Assembly: GCA_964247235.1 (NCBI GenBank)
Contig: CAXTTJ010000005.1
Span: forward strand, 9,065-73,064
Direction: 5' to 3'
Source: an uncultured Sphingomonadaceae bacterium
GTDB lineage: Bacteria > Pseudomonadota > Alphaproteobacteria > Sphingomonadales > Sphingomonadaceae
Length of the DNA: 64,000 nt
Positions 30,929-40,895 of the stretch are shown piece by piece. Position 1 is the stretch's first letter, and each line of letters opens with the position of its first letter. A program made the translations under genes and the position numbers. The notes beneath the pieces are model-generated. The model had not been told where the DNA came from. It saw only the letters and a list, made by a program, of their open reading frames with translations, and did not search any database.

Positions 30929-32116
30929 TCAGCCCGCGAATGTCAACGCCGCGACCCCCGGCAATTCGCGCCCTTCCATCCATTCGAGGAAGGCGCCGCC
31001 CGCTGTCGAGACGAATGTGAAATCGTCCGCACAACCCGCCTGATTGAGTGCCGCAACGGTGTCGCCGCCGCCCGCGACCGACACCAGCGACCCGTCGTGC
31101 GTCAGCGCCGCCGCCGTCCGCGCCAGTGCGACTGTTGCCGCATCGAACGGCGGTGTCTCGAACGCGCCGAGGGGACCGTTCCACACCAAAGTCCGGCAAT
31201 TTTTGAGCACATCGGCAAGCGCCTCAACCGCCGCGGGACCGATGTCGAGGATCATCTCATCCGCCGCCACCTCATGCACGTTGACCGTGCGCGTGGGCGG
31301 ATTTGCGCGAAATTCGCGTGACGTCACGACGTCATAGGGAAGGTGGATCGTGCACCCGGCCGCATCCGCTGCATCGAAAATCGCGTTGGCAGTGCCAAGC
31401 AGATCATGTTCGCACAATGATTTGCCGACATTGATGCCGCGCGCCGCAAGGAATGTATTGGCCATGCCCCCGCCGATGATGAGATGATCGACCTTGCCGA
31501 CGAGATGCCTGAGCACGTCGAGCTTGGTCGAAACCTTCGCACCGCCGACGACGGCTGCCACCGGATGCGCCGGACTGCCCAGCGCCGTTTCCAGCGCGGT
31601 CAGCTCGGCCTCCATTGCCCGACCTGCAAATGCCGGCAAGACATGCGCCAGCCCCTCGGTCGAGGCATGCGCCCGGTGCGCCGCCGAAAATGCGTCATTC
31701 ACATACAGATCACCCAGCGCCGCGAAACGCGCGACGACCGCAGGGTCATTCGTTTCCTCGCCCGCGAAAAACCGGGTGTTTTCGAGCACCGCAATCTGAC
31801 CGGGCAAAAGCGCGGCAACCCCGGCGACATCGCCCTCCCAATCGACGAAATAGACCGGACGCCCCAAAACTGCGCTGTAAGCCCCCGTCAGGCGCGAAAG
31901 TGAAAATTGGCTATCTGGTGAGACCGGCCGTCCAAAATGCGCCAGAACAAGCACTACAGCGCCTTTATCGGCCAACTCCGTCACAGTGGCAACGGTCGCA
32001 CGAAACCGGGTGTCGTCCGTGACGGCGTCATCCGTCATCGGGACATTCAGATCCTCACGGACAAGAATGCGCGTTCCGCGGACGTCACCCAGATCATCGA
32101 GCGTCCTGAAGCGCAT
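30929..32116 (-). CDS. pgk: Phosphoglycerate kinase
   Basis: [41 protein letters not shown] overlap with gap. Confidence 0.96.
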   Translation of the reverse strand: MRFRTLDDLGDVRGTRILVREDLNVPMTDDAVTDDTRFRATVATVTELADKGAVVLVLAHFGRPVSPDSQFSLSRLTGAYSAVLGRPVYFVDWEGDVAGVAALLPGQIAVLENTRFFAGEETNDPAVVARFAALGDLYVNDAFSAAHRAHASTEGLAHVLPAFAGRAMEAELTALETALGSPAHPVAAVVGGAKVSTKLDVLRHLVGKVDHLIIGGGMANTFLAARGINVGKSLCEHDLLGTANAIFDAADAAGCTIHLPYDVVTSREFRANPPTRTVNVHEVAADEMILDIGPAAVEALADVLKNCRTLVWNGPLGAFETPPFDAATVALARTAAALTHDGSLVSVAGGGDTVAALNQAGCADDFTFVSTAGGAFLEWMEGRELPGVAALTFAG

Positions 32117-33126
32117 CAGATCAGCGTCCCGATGGCTCCCGCCGTATCGACCATGCGGTTCGAAAAGCCCCATTCATTGTCATACCAGCTGACGACGCGC
32201 ACGAGCTTGCCGCCGATGACCGCAGTTTCAAGGCTGTCGACGGTCGATGACGATGCATTATGATTAAGATCAATTGAAACAAGCGGTTCATCTGTATAGT
32301 TGAGAATTCCTGCCAGCGGTCCGCTTTCCGATGCGGCTTTCAGGATGGCATTGACCTCGTCCCTTGTCGTGTCACGCGACGGCGTGAAGGTCAGATCGAC
32401 CAGCGAGACGTTCGGCGTCGGCACGCGCACGGCAGACCCGTCGAGTTTGCCTTTCAGTTCCGGAAGCACTTCCCCCACGGCGCGCGCGGCACCGGTTGTC
32501 GTCGGGATGATCGACATGCCCGCCGCACGCGCCCGGCGCATGTCGGGATGAATCTGGTCCAGAATCTTCTGATCATTGGTATAGGCGTGGATCGTCGTCA
32601 TCAATCCCCGTTCGATTCCAATGGCATCGTTCAATATTTTCGCAACAGGGGCGAGGCAGTTGGTCGTGCACGACGCGTTCGAAACGATCATGTGTTCGGG
32701 CTTCAGCTTGTCATGATTGACACCGAACACGACAGTGAGATCAACGCCCTTTGCCGGGGCCGAGATGAGCACGCGCTTCGCCCCCGCATCGAGATGCTTC
32801 TGCGCTGAGTCACGATCGGTAAAAAACCCTGTGCATTCAAGCGCGATGTCGATATTGTTCGCGGCGTGTGGCAAGTTGGCAGGATCACGTTCTGCGGTCA
32901 CGTGAATGCGCTTTCCGTCAATGATGATGTCATTGCCATCGGCGGCAACCGTGCCGGGATAGGCGCCGTGCACGCTGTCGCGCTTGAACAGCATCGCGTT
33001 CGATTTCGCATCGGCAAGATCGTTGATCGCCACCAGTTCAAGCCCGCAATCGGGCCGTTCCAGGATCGCGCGCGCGACAAGGCGGCCGATCCGCCCGAAA
33101 CCATTGATTGCAACCTTCACAGCCAT
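32116..33126 (-). CDS. gap: Glyceraldehyde-3-phosphate dehydrogenase
   Basis: [30 protein letters not shown]. Confidence 0.98.
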   Translation of the reverse strand: MAVKVAINGFGRIGRLVARAILERPDCGLELVAINDLADAKSNAMLFKRDSVHGAYPGTVAADGNDIIIDGKRIHVTAERDPANLPHAANNIDIALECTGFFTDRDSAQKHLDAGAKRVLISAPAKGVDLTVVFGVNHDKLKPEHMIVSNASCTTNCLAPVAKILNDAIGIERGLMTTIHAYTNDQKILDQIHPDMRRARAAGMSIIPTTTGAARAVGEVLPELKGKLDGSAVRVPTPNVSLVDLTFTPSRDTTRDEVNAILKAASESGPLAGILNYTDEPLVSIDLNHNASSSTVDSLETAVIGGKLVRVVSWYDNEWGFSNRMVDTAGAIGTLI

Positions 33127-33128
33127 CG

Positions 33129-35093
33129 TCAGTCCTTTTGTAATTCATCAAGAATTTTTGGTATGATCGCGTCGGCGGTCAGCCCGAAATGCGCATACAG
33201 GGCATCGATAGGCCCCGACGCGCCGAAACTGTCGATGCCAAAGCGCAAGCCACCGCCGACATAGCGTTCCCAGCCCATCGTCGTCCCCGCCTCGATCGAT
33301 ATGCGCAGTGGCCCATGTGGCAGGACATCCGCCCGGTACGCCGCCGTCTGCGCATCGAAACGCGTCCAGCAGGGCATGGAAACGACGTCCGCGCCAATGC
33401 CGTGGCGTTCGAGGCCGTCAGCCACTGACATCGCCAGCGACACCTCTGACCCGGTCGCGATCAGGATCACGCGCCGCGCTGCGGTGGCAGGACGCAGCCT
33501 GTAACCGCCCCGCGCCGACCAGTTTTCGCTCATATCTCTGCGCAATTGCGGCAGAGTCTGTCGCGACAAGGCCAGCAGCGACGGTCCGCCAGCCTTTTCG
33601 ATTGCCAGCGCCCAGCATTCGGCTGTCTCGATCGCGTCGCATGGCCGGTACACGTCAAGATTGGGGATAAGCCGCAGCGACATGATCTGTTCGACCGGCT
33701 GGTGCGTCGGGCCGTCCTCGCCGACGCCGATCGAATCATGCGTCATCACATAGGCGACGCGTGCATTCTGCAACGCCGAAAGCCGGATTGCGGCGCGGCA
33801 GTAATCCGAGAAGATCAGGAAAGTGCCGCCATAAGGGATGACCCCGCCGTGCAGCGCCATGCCGTTCATCGCCGCCGCCATGCCGAATTCGCGGATGCCA
33901 TAGTTTACATAACGCCCGGCGTAGTTCGTCACATCAAGCGTGTCTGTCGATGCCGTCCGGGTAAAATTCGAACCGGTCAGATCGGCCGATCCCCCCAGCA
34001 AGTCAGGCAGCGCCGCAGTCGCCGCCGTCAGCGCCATTTCGGATGCCTTGCGCGTCGCAACTTTCTGTGGCGCGGCGATCAGTGTGTCGATATGCGGTTG
34101 CAGCCATGCGCTGCCCGGCGTTCCGGCCAGACGACGCTGAAATTCATCGGCATGCGGCGATGCCAGCAGCCGTGCCGCCCATGCCCTGTGCGTGTCAGCC
34201 CCGCGCGATCCGGCGGCGCGCCATTCGGTCAGGATATCTTCGGGAATTTCGAAGGGTGCGTAAGGCCAGTCGAGCGCGGCCCGCGTCGCCGCCACTTCGT
34301 CCTTGCCCAGCGGGCTGCCGTGCGGCGCCTTGGTCCCCTGCTTGGTCGGCGCGCCTTTGCCGATGAGTGTGCGGCATGCGATCAACGTCGGCCGGTCATC
34401 CTCCAGCACTAACTTGATAACGCGGTCTATATCGTTGAAATCATGTCCATCACATGCTTCGACACGCCAGCCGCTTGCCCGGTATCGCGCCGGAATATCC
34501 TCACTGGTCGACAATGTCGTCGCGCCGTCGATCGTGATGCGATTGTCGTCCCAGAATATAATCAGGCGCCCCAGACCGAGATGCCCGGCAAGGCCGACGG
34601 CTTCATGATTGATGCCCTCCATCAGGCATCCGTCTCCGGCTACGACCCACGTGCGGTGATCGACCAGGGCATCGCCGAACAGCGCGTTCAGATGACGTTC
34701 GGCAATCGCCATGCCGACTGCCATCGCCAGCCCCTGCCCCAGTGGTCCGGTGGTGCATTCGACCCCCGCCAGCTCGAAATTTTCCGGATGCCCGGCGCAC
34801 GGACTGCCGAGTTGACGGAAATTGCGGATGTCGTCGATGGTCGGCTTTTCATAGCCGGTCAGGTAGAGCGTGGAATAAGCCAGCATCGAGCCATGTCCGG
34901 CCGACAGGACGAACCGGTCACGATCCGCCCATCTGGGCGCCGCGGCATCGAATTTGAGGTATCTGGTGAACAGCACCGTCGCCACATCCGCCATTCCCAT
35001 CGGCATGCCGGGGTGCCCCGAACTGGCCGCCTCGACCGCATCCATCGACAGCGCGCGGATGGCATTTGCAAGGCGGTCCGGCGTAACGGTCAT
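33129..35093 (-). CDS. tkt: Transketolase
   Basis: [28 protein letters not shown]. Confidence 0.98.
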   Translation of the reverse strand: MTVTPDRLANAIRALSMDAVEAASSGHPGMPMGMADVATVLFTRYLKFDAAAPRWADRDRFVLSAGHGSMLAYSTLYLTGYEKPTIDDIRNFRQLGSPCAGHPENFELAGVECTTGPLGQGLAMAVGMAIAERHLNALFGDALVDHRTWVVAGDGCLMEGINHEAVGLAGHLGLGRLIIFWDDNRITIDGATTLSTSEDIPARYRASGWRVEACDGHDFNDIDRVIKLVLEDDRPTLIACRTLIGKGAPTKQGTKAPHGSPLGKDEVAATRAALDWPYAPFEIPEDILTEWRAAGSRGADTHRAWAARLLASPHADEFQRRLAGTPGSAWLQPHIDTLIAAPQKVATRKASEMALTAATAALPDLLGGSADLTGSNFTRTASTDTLDVTNYAGRYVNYGIREFGMAAAMNGMALHGGVIPYGGTFLIFSDYCRAAIRLSALQNARVAYVMTHDSIGVGEDGPTHQPVEQIMSLRLIPNLDVYRPCDAIETAECWALAIEKAGGPSLLALSRQTLPQLRRDMSENWSARGGYRLRPATAARRVILIATGSEVSLAMSVADGLERHGIGADVVSMPCWTRFDAQTAAYRADVLPHGPLRISIEAGTTMGWERYVGGGLRFGIDSFGASGPIDALYAHFGLTADAIIPKILDELQKD

Positions 35094-35218
35094 GAAATCT
35101 TCCCAGGTCGATGAGTCGCTGTGTGAAGCGATGGTCCGCCCCTTTGTCGCGGGGGGGCGCAGCCGTCAATGTTACAGCGGCAGTTGATGCGACGGACAGG
35201 CGTGCTATTCACCCGATC

Positions 35219-35407
35219 ATGACCGATGACTCGACGACGCACGCGCTTGACCGCATCAATCGGGCGCTGACCCGTATCGAAGCGGCTGCTGCACGAACAC
35301 CCCCTTCCTCCGGGGGTGAAGCGCGGTATCAGGCCCTGCGGTCGCGCACGCAGGCCGCACTCGCCAGCCTTGAAACGGTGATCCGTCAAGCGGGGGGACC
35401 GCAATAA
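35219..35407 (+). CDS. Small coiled-coil protein upstream of zapA
   Basis: 62-aa helical ORF coupled to zapA by a TAATG overlap. Confidence 0.7.
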   Translation: MTDDSTTHALDRINRALTRIEAAAARTPPSSGGEARYQALRSRTQAALASLETVIRQAGGPQ

Positions 35408-35709
35408 TGGCCGACGTCGACGTGGTCGTGGGCGGGCGCCATTACAGCATTGCCTGCCGCGACGGGGGCGAGGACCATCTTCGCACCATCGCCGCGCATG
35501 TCGACCGCAAGGCCGCAGAAGCCAAGGCCGCCGTGGGCGATGTCAACGAAACGCGGCAATTGCTGTTCGCAGCGCTCCTGCTCGCCGACGAAATCGCGGA
35601 AAACGCTGGCAGCGTGCCCGCAGCGCCCACCGATCCGCGCGTGGCAACTGCGCTGACCCAGCTTGCAAATCGTATCGAAGCCGTTGCCGATACGCTCGAA
35701 CATCCCTAA
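35407..35709 (+). CDS. zapA: Cell division protein ZapA
   Basis: GRHYSIACRDGGEDHL, LLFAALLLADE; zapA-6S-ygfA gene order. Confidence 0.9.
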   Translation: MADVDVVVGGRHYSIACRDGGEDHLRTIAAHVDRKAAEAKAAVGDVNETRQLLFAALLLADEIAENAGSVPAAPTDPRVATALTQLANRIEAVADTLEHP

Positions 35710-35711
35710 AC

Positions 35712-35882
35712 AGGTGTTGGCGGGTACTGCCCGGTACGAGCTCGTTGAACATCCCTGAGGCGATTATTCATCCTGGGGGACTGTCCCTGTTCAGGCCCTG
35801 GCCTGCGTATATGGTTCCCACCTGACGTTTCTGGCGTCAGAGGATATTCGGAGCAAACGACCATGGTGGTCCCGCCAACATC
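35712..35882 (+). ncRNA. ssrS: 6S RNA
   Basis: About 170 nt closed by the terminal stem TGTTGGCGGG / CCCGCCAACA, located between zapA and ygfA. Confidence 0.85.
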
Positions 35883-36435
35883 GCTGAATTTATTGCGTAA
35901 AAAACTAAGGCAGCAGCGACAGTATAGTGCAGATAACGCAGAAAATCGGAACGAAGCCGCATTCAGGCGGTCGGCCCTGTTCGACGACGTGCTGAACGCC
36001 GCATCTTCGGTGGGCAGTTATCTTCCCTGTGGCGGAGAGCCTGATCCCGCCCGGCTGACGTCAAAGGCCACGTCATTCCCCGTTGTCGCGCCGGGTCATC
36101 GCATGATGACGTTTCATCGCTGGTCTGCGGGTGATCCGCTCGACACGACGCTGTGGGGCGGACAGCAACCCGCCGCGACGGCTGAGCGGGTTGAACCGGA
36201 CCTCATCCTCGTGCCGATGCTGGGGTTCGATCATGCCTTCAACCGCATCGGTCAGGGTGGCGGTTATTACGACCGCTATCTGGCCGCACATCCGCGTGCG
36301 CTGCGCATCGGCATTGCCTGGGACGTGCAACGGCTCGATCATATCGATGCCCGGCCGTGGGACGTGGCGATGGATGCCATCCTGACCGAAACCAGTTTCC
36401 ATGTGAAGGACTTGACCCGATGCCGACCCCGTTAG
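35863..36435 (+). CDS. ygfA: 5-formyltetrahydrofolate cyclo-ligase (start uncertain)
   Basis: DLILVPMLGFD, RIGQGGGYYDR, PWDVAMD. Confidence 0.9.
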   Translation: MVVPPTSLNLLRKKLRQQRQYSADNAENRNEAAFRRSALFDDVLNAASSVGSYLPCGGEPDPARLTSKATSFPVVAPGHRMMTFHRWSAGDPLDTTLWGGQQPAATAERVEPDLILVPMLGFDHAFNRIGQGGGYYDRYLAAHPRALRIGIAWDVQRLDHIDARPWDVAMDAILTETSFHVKDLTRCRPR

Positions 36436-36641
36436 GCCCGCCGAGCTGGCGCAAACCCGCTGGCATGGGCATCATCCTGCTCCTGATCACGGGATGGGCC
36501 GTCATCGCACTCATCGCCACGCCCGTCGTGATCCGGATGGCCTGGCCATTGCAAGCCTTGTTTTTCGGAGTTTTCGGAACAGTCTGGATCATCCCGCTCA
36601 AACCGCTGCTTCGCTGGATGGAACTGGGGCCACATGAATAG
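36420..36641 (+). CDS. Small two-TM protein, DUF2842-like
   Basis: PSWRKPAG...WIIPLKPLLRWME. Confidence 0.75.
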   Translation: MPTPLGPPSWRKPAGMGIILLLITGWAVIALIATPVVIRMAWPLQALFFGVFGTVWIIPLKPLLRWMELGPHE

Positions 36642-36664
36642 AGTCAGGACCTGGCCAGAAAAAG

Positions 36665-36741
<77 letters not shown>

Positions 36742-36761
36742 ATCAATGCGTGAAGGCGCGG

Positions 36762-36790
36762 CTGTTAAGCGACCCCCCGGTGACTGTCAA
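36762..36790 (-). promoter_or_regulatory. sigma70 promoter of tRNA-Asp
   Basis: TTGACA-17 nt-TAACAG. Confidence 0.6.
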
Positions 36791-37066
36791 GGCGCGGCTG
36801 GAAACCGGCCATTGCACCTGGCCCCACCGAATTTTGACGTCAGAATGGCGAAAATCGGGCCTTTCACATTAACAAATTCATGGCAGTCAGCAATCGTTTG
36901 CAGGCAGCAACCGCTCTCTGTCTCCATCGACCGAGGCTGACGTCATTTTGTCAGATTGGCGTTAACGAATTTTTGGTTAGTTGGCGCGCATACCCCATTT
37001 CGAAGCAAAATTCCTATGGGGACTGCAATGACTTTGGGGGCCGGCTGGTCGATTTTGAACGTACGG

Positions 37067-38038
37067 ATGGGGCATATCGCGCCACTCGTCGTCGCGACTG
37101 CGTCCATCGTCTTTGCCCACCCCGCACATGCCGTCGGGACTGCGGCAGGCACCACGATCAGCAATACCGCAACCGCGACCTATACCGACGGCAGCGGCAA
37201 TCTCGTCAACGTGCCATCGAACAAAGTCGACATCCGCGTCGATGAGTTGCTTGACGTCAAGGTCGCGTCGGCCGACCCCGGTGATGTCGCGGCCCTGCCC
37301 GGCGCCACCAACCAGGTCCTGACTTTTTCCGTCACCAATACCGGCAATGGATCGGAAGCATTCCGGCTTGCCCCGATCAATGCCATCGGTGGCGATGCAT
37401 TTGACCCGACGACGACCTCGCTTGTCATCGACAGCAATGGCAATGGCGTTTATGATCCTGGAGTCGACACGGTGTACAACGCCGGATCGAACGATCCTGT
37501 GCTTGCGCCTGATACGTCGGTAAAAATATTTGTCCTGTCGACGGTCCCTGTCGGAGCCACAGATGGCCAGCGCGGCCAGACCGACCTGACGGCAACCGCC
37601 ATTACCGGAAGCGGCACACCCGGCACGACATTTGCCGGCCAGGGACAGGGCGGCGGCGATGCCATTGTCGGCAGCACCACAGCGCTTGGCCGCGACAAGG
37701 GCTTTTACATCATCAACACCGCGACCGTCAGCTTTGTGAAAAGCGCCGCGGTTGCCGATCCTTTTGGCGGAACCAAGTCAGTCCCCGGATCCATCATCAC
37801 CTACACGCTGGTCGCTACCGTGACGGGATCAGGATCGCTGGCCAATCTTGCCGTCGGCGATCCGGTTCCCGCTGGCACAACCTATGTTCCCGGGACGATC
37901 ACGTCGCAATCAGCGCCGGTCACCGACATCACTGATGCCGACAGCGGCGAATTTGCGACGAACCGCGTGGCGGTCCGTTTCGGCACCGTTGTCGGCGGTC
38001 AGACCCGCACTGTGACCTTCAAAGTAAAAATCAACTGA
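37067..38038 (+). CDS. Secreted DUF11/isopeptide-domain protein, subunit 1 (start 37028 or 37067)
   Basis: Signal peptide ending AHA, GTAAGTTISNTAT, DSNGNGVYD, VKS...PGSIITY...GDPVP...FKVKIN*. Confidence 0.8.
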   Translation: MGHIAPLVVATASIVFAHPAHAVGTAAGTTISNTATATYTDGSGNLVNVPSNKVDIRVDELLDVKVASADPGDVAALPGATNQVLTFSVTNTGNGSEAFRLAPINAIGGDAFDPTTTSLVIDSNGNGVYDPGVDTVYNAGSNDPVLAPDTSVKIFVLSTVPVGATDGQRGQTDLTATAITGSGTPGTTFAGQGQGGGDAIVGSTTALGRDKGFYIINTATVSFVKSAAVADPFGGTKSVPGSIITYTLVATVTGSGSLANLAVGDPVPAGTTYVPGTITSQSAPVTDITDADSGEFATNRVAVRFGTVVGGQTRTVTFKVKIN

Positions 38039-38061
38039 CTCTGATGGAAAGGATTCCCCCC

Positions 38062-38523
38062 ATGAAACTCCTTCTCGCCCTTTTCGCGCTTATGGTTCCA
38101 GTTGCGGCGCAGGCGACCAATGATGTCGCGCTGACGAGCAGTGTGTTTGTCGAGAAATCGGTGCCGCAAGCCGACGGCCATGCGCGCCTCATTCTCGAAG
38201 AACCGCGCGTCGTGGTTCCCGGTGACAAGCTGGTCTTTGTTCTTGCCTACAAGAATCTGGGCGGAAAGCCCGCAACCGATTTCGTCGTCACCAATCCGAT
38301 GCCGGGTGCCGTTGCCTATCAGGGCACGGGCGACGCGGGCGCGCTCGTGTCGATCGACGGCGGCCGGACGTGGGGCACACTCGCCACGCTGAAGGTTCGC
38401 AAGGCCGACGGCAGCGTGCGGGCCGCATATCCCGAAGATGTCACGCACGTCCGCTGGGCCATGAAATCGCCAATCCCGGTCGGAGCGGCCGGCAAGTTAA
38501 GTTTTCGCGGCGTCGTTCGCTAG
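38062..38523 (+). CDS. Secreted single-domain DUF11-like protein
   Basis: Signal peptide ending AQA; VVPGDKLVFVLAYKN...TNPMP. AAAGGA RBS. Confidence 0.8.
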   Translation: MKLLLALFALMVPVAAQATNDVALTSSVFVEKSVPQADGHARLILEEPRVVVPGDKLVFVLAYKNLGGKPATDFVVTNPMPGAVAYQGTGDAGALVSIDGGRTWGTLATLKVRKADGSVRAAYPEDVTHVRWAMKSPIPVGAAGKLSFRGVVR

Positions 38524-38592
38524 CTGCAACCCGTTTTCAGTGCCGACGGGTGGGGAAAGGCACTTTTGAGACCAGGAAGTGAGTAGAGTAAG

Positions 38593-39672
38593 ATGACCAG
38601 GACCATGACATTGCTGGCAGGCGCCAGTGGTATCGCACTGTCGGCCTTTGGTGCCACGTCCGCACTTGCGGCCGGTACGGCGTCGGGATCGGTTATTTCC
38701 AACGTTGCGACTGTCAGCTATTCGGTTGGCGGCACCGCACAGCCCGCGATTTCAAACGTCGCCAACACATTCACGGTCGACCGCAAAGTCGTGTTCCGTG
38801 CCGACGAAACCGCACCGATCGCCACGACGACCGTCGCGCCGGGTCAGGCGGTTGCCGTCACCACCTTCACGGTGTCGAACACGTCGAACGCGACGATGGA
38901 CTTTGGCCTGGCTGTCACGCAGCAGGCCGGCGGCCCTGGCGCGCACAGCAACACCGACAATTTCGACGTGACCACGCCGACGACCTATGCCGACACGAAC
39001 GGCAACGGCGTTTATGATGCCGGGACCGATCTTGCCATCACTTATCTCGACGAAGTTCTGCCTGACACCTCACGCACCGTGTTTGTCGTCGCAGCCATTC
39101 CGTCGGGCCGGGTCACGGGCGATGTCGCCGCTGTCACGCTGACAGCACAGGCGCGCGACGGTGGCGTGAGCGGAACGCAGGGTGCGGTCGCCGCCAACAC
39201 TGCGGGTGCGAACACTGCGGGTGTCGACACTGTCCTTGCCGACAGCGCCTATGATGCTCTGAACACCGCATCGGACGGATTTGCCGTGGCCAAGGACGAC
39301 TACACCGTTTCGGCCGCCGCAATCACCGTCAACAAGGTCAACCGCGTCATCGAGGATCCGATCAACACGATCGCCAGCGGCAATGCCGCCAATGCCAAGA
39401 TGATTCCCGGCGCCACGATCGAATATTGCATCATCGTTGCCAACGCAGCGGGCGGCGGGACAGCGACGGGCGTGTCGATCACCGATCCGGTTCCCAGCAC
39501 ATTGACGATCATTCCGGCATCGCTGCGCATCAACGGCACGGCATCGGGCAGCACCTGCTCGGGCGGCGTCGCAGGCGGCAGTGTTGCGGGCCAGACGGTA
39601 TCGTCGGGCACGCTCAACAATATTGCTGCCGGCGCCAATGTCGCCGTCTATTTCCAGGCAACGATAAACTGA
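38593..39672 (+). CDS. Secreted DUF11/isopeptide-domain protein, subunit 2
   Basis: Signal peptide, AGTASGSVISNVAT, DTNGNGVYD, IPGATIEYCIIVAN, ITDPVP, FQATIN*. Confidence 0.85.
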   Translation: MTRTMTLLAGASGIALSAFGATSALAAGTASGSVISNVATVSYSVGGTAQPAISNVANTFTVDRKVVFRADETAPIATTTVAPGQAVAVTTFTVSNTSNATMDFGLAVTQQAGGPGAHSNTDNFDVTTPTTYADTNGNGVYDAGTDLAITYLDEVLPDTSRTVFVVAAIPSGRVTGDVAAVTLTAQARDGGVSGTQGAVAANTAGANTAGVDTVLADSAYDALNTASDGFAVAKDDYTVSAAAITVNKVNRVIEDPINTIASGNAANAKMIPGATIEYCIIVANAAGGGTATGVSITDPVPSTLTIIPASLRINGTASGSTCSGGVAGGSVAGQTVSSGTLNNIAAGANVAVYFQATIN

Positions 39673-39679
39673 TGCGTCG

Positions 39680-39753
39680 CACATCCGAAATCGGGGGATT
39701 TTCGGGTGTGTGTCTGCTCGCGGCGTTCCTGTCTCTGCGGAGACGGGGACGCC
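39680..39753 (+). other. Two tandem stem-loops between subunit genes 2 and 3
   Basis: 39680-39710 (imperfect) and 39722-39753 (14 bp with G-U pairs, TGCG loop). Confidence 0.7.
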
Positions 39754-39781
39754 GTTTGGCCGTTTCAAAGGGGAGCCGATC

Positions 39782-40837
39782 ATGCGCACTATGACACTGC
39801 TGGCGGGGACCAGCCTGCTGACGCTATTGGTGCCAGTGGCGGCGCGCGCTGCGGGAACGGTCTCTGGATCGACGGTGTCCAACACGGCGACAGTCACTTA
39901 TGCAGTTGGTGGCGTGACGCAACCGACGGTTTCGAACACCCCCAACACATTCGTGGTCGACCGCAAGATCGTCTTTCGCGTCGATGAAAGCGCACCAATT
40001 GCCACGACAACGGTCGCGCCAGGCCAGTTGCTTGCCGTCACTACATTCACGGTCAGCAACACGTCGAACACAACGCTCGATTTCGGACTTGGCCTGACGC
40101 AACAGGTCGGTGGACCGGGCGCGCACAGCAATACCGACACGTTCGATGTCACGACTCCCGGACTTTTCGCCGATACCAACCTGAACGGCGTCTATGATGC
40201 GGGCATCGATCAGGCCATCACCTATCTCGACGAAGTGCTGGCCGACACGTCGCGCACGGTCTTTGCCGTCGCAAATATACCGGGCGGACAGGTGACCGGT
40301 GATGTTGCCGCCGTAACGTTAACCGCGCAGGCGCGTGATGGCGGGTCCGCTGGTGCGCAGGGCGCCATTTCTGCGAACACGACCGGCGCGAATACCGCAG
40401 CCGTCGACACGGTCTTTGCCGACACGGCCTATGACACGCTCAATGTCGCGGCAGATGGGCTGGGCGTGGCCAAGGATGATTATACCGTTTCCACCGCCGC
40501 CTTGTCAGTGACCAAAGTCAACCGCGTCATTTCCGACGGTTTCAACAGCGCGGTCAACGCCAAATTCATTCCCGGCGCGACAATCGAATATTGCATCATC
40601 GTTGCCAATGCCGTTGGCGGCGCCACCGCAACGGGTGTTTCGATAACCGATCCGGTTCCCGCAACGCTCAGCATTGTCGCAGGATCGCTCAGGATCAACG
40701 GCACGGCGGTCGTAAGCGTGTGTTCGGGGGGCGCCGCAGGCGGGACAATCACGGGACAGAATGTTGCATCGGGTACGCTGAACCCGATCCTGGCGGGGAC
40801 AAATAATGCCGTTTATTTTCAGGCAATCGTAAACTGA
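39782..40837 (+). CDS. Secreted DUF11/isopeptide-domain protein, subunit 3 (tandem paralog of subunit 2)
   Basis: Colinear with subunit 2 throughout; ends FQAIVN*. Confidence 0.85.
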   Translation: MRTMTLLAGTSLLTLLVPVAARAAGTVSGSTVSNTATVTYAVGGVTQPTVSNTPNTFVVDRKIVFRVDESAPIATTTVAPGQLLAVTTFTVSNTSNTTLDFGLGLTQQVGGPGAHSNTDTFDVTTPGLFADTNLNGVYDAGIDQAITYLDEVLADTSRTVFAVANIPGGQVTGDVAAVTLTAQARDGGSAGAQGAISANTTGANTAAVDTVFADTAYDTLNVAADGLGVAKDDYTVSTAALSVTKVNRVISDGFNSAVNAKFIPGATIEYCIIVANAVGGATATGVSITDPVPATLSIVAGSLRINGTAVVSVCSGGAAGGTITGQNVASGTLNPILAGTNNAVYFQAIVN

Positions 40838-40838
40838 C

Positions 40839-40895
40839 GGGTGGCGTGACGGGTTCGCAATCCTGTGACCCGCCATCCACTCTGGTACTTTTTTT
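40839..40895 (+). terminator. Imperfect hairpin plus T-tract (attenuator-like) before the platform gene
   Basis: GGGTGGCG...CGCCATCC, followed about 10 nt later by T7. Confidence 0.45.

Noticed and set aside
36860-36980. CtrA sites upstream of the DUF11 operon
   Set aside because: Only TTAAC half-sites, with two or more mismatches in the partner half.
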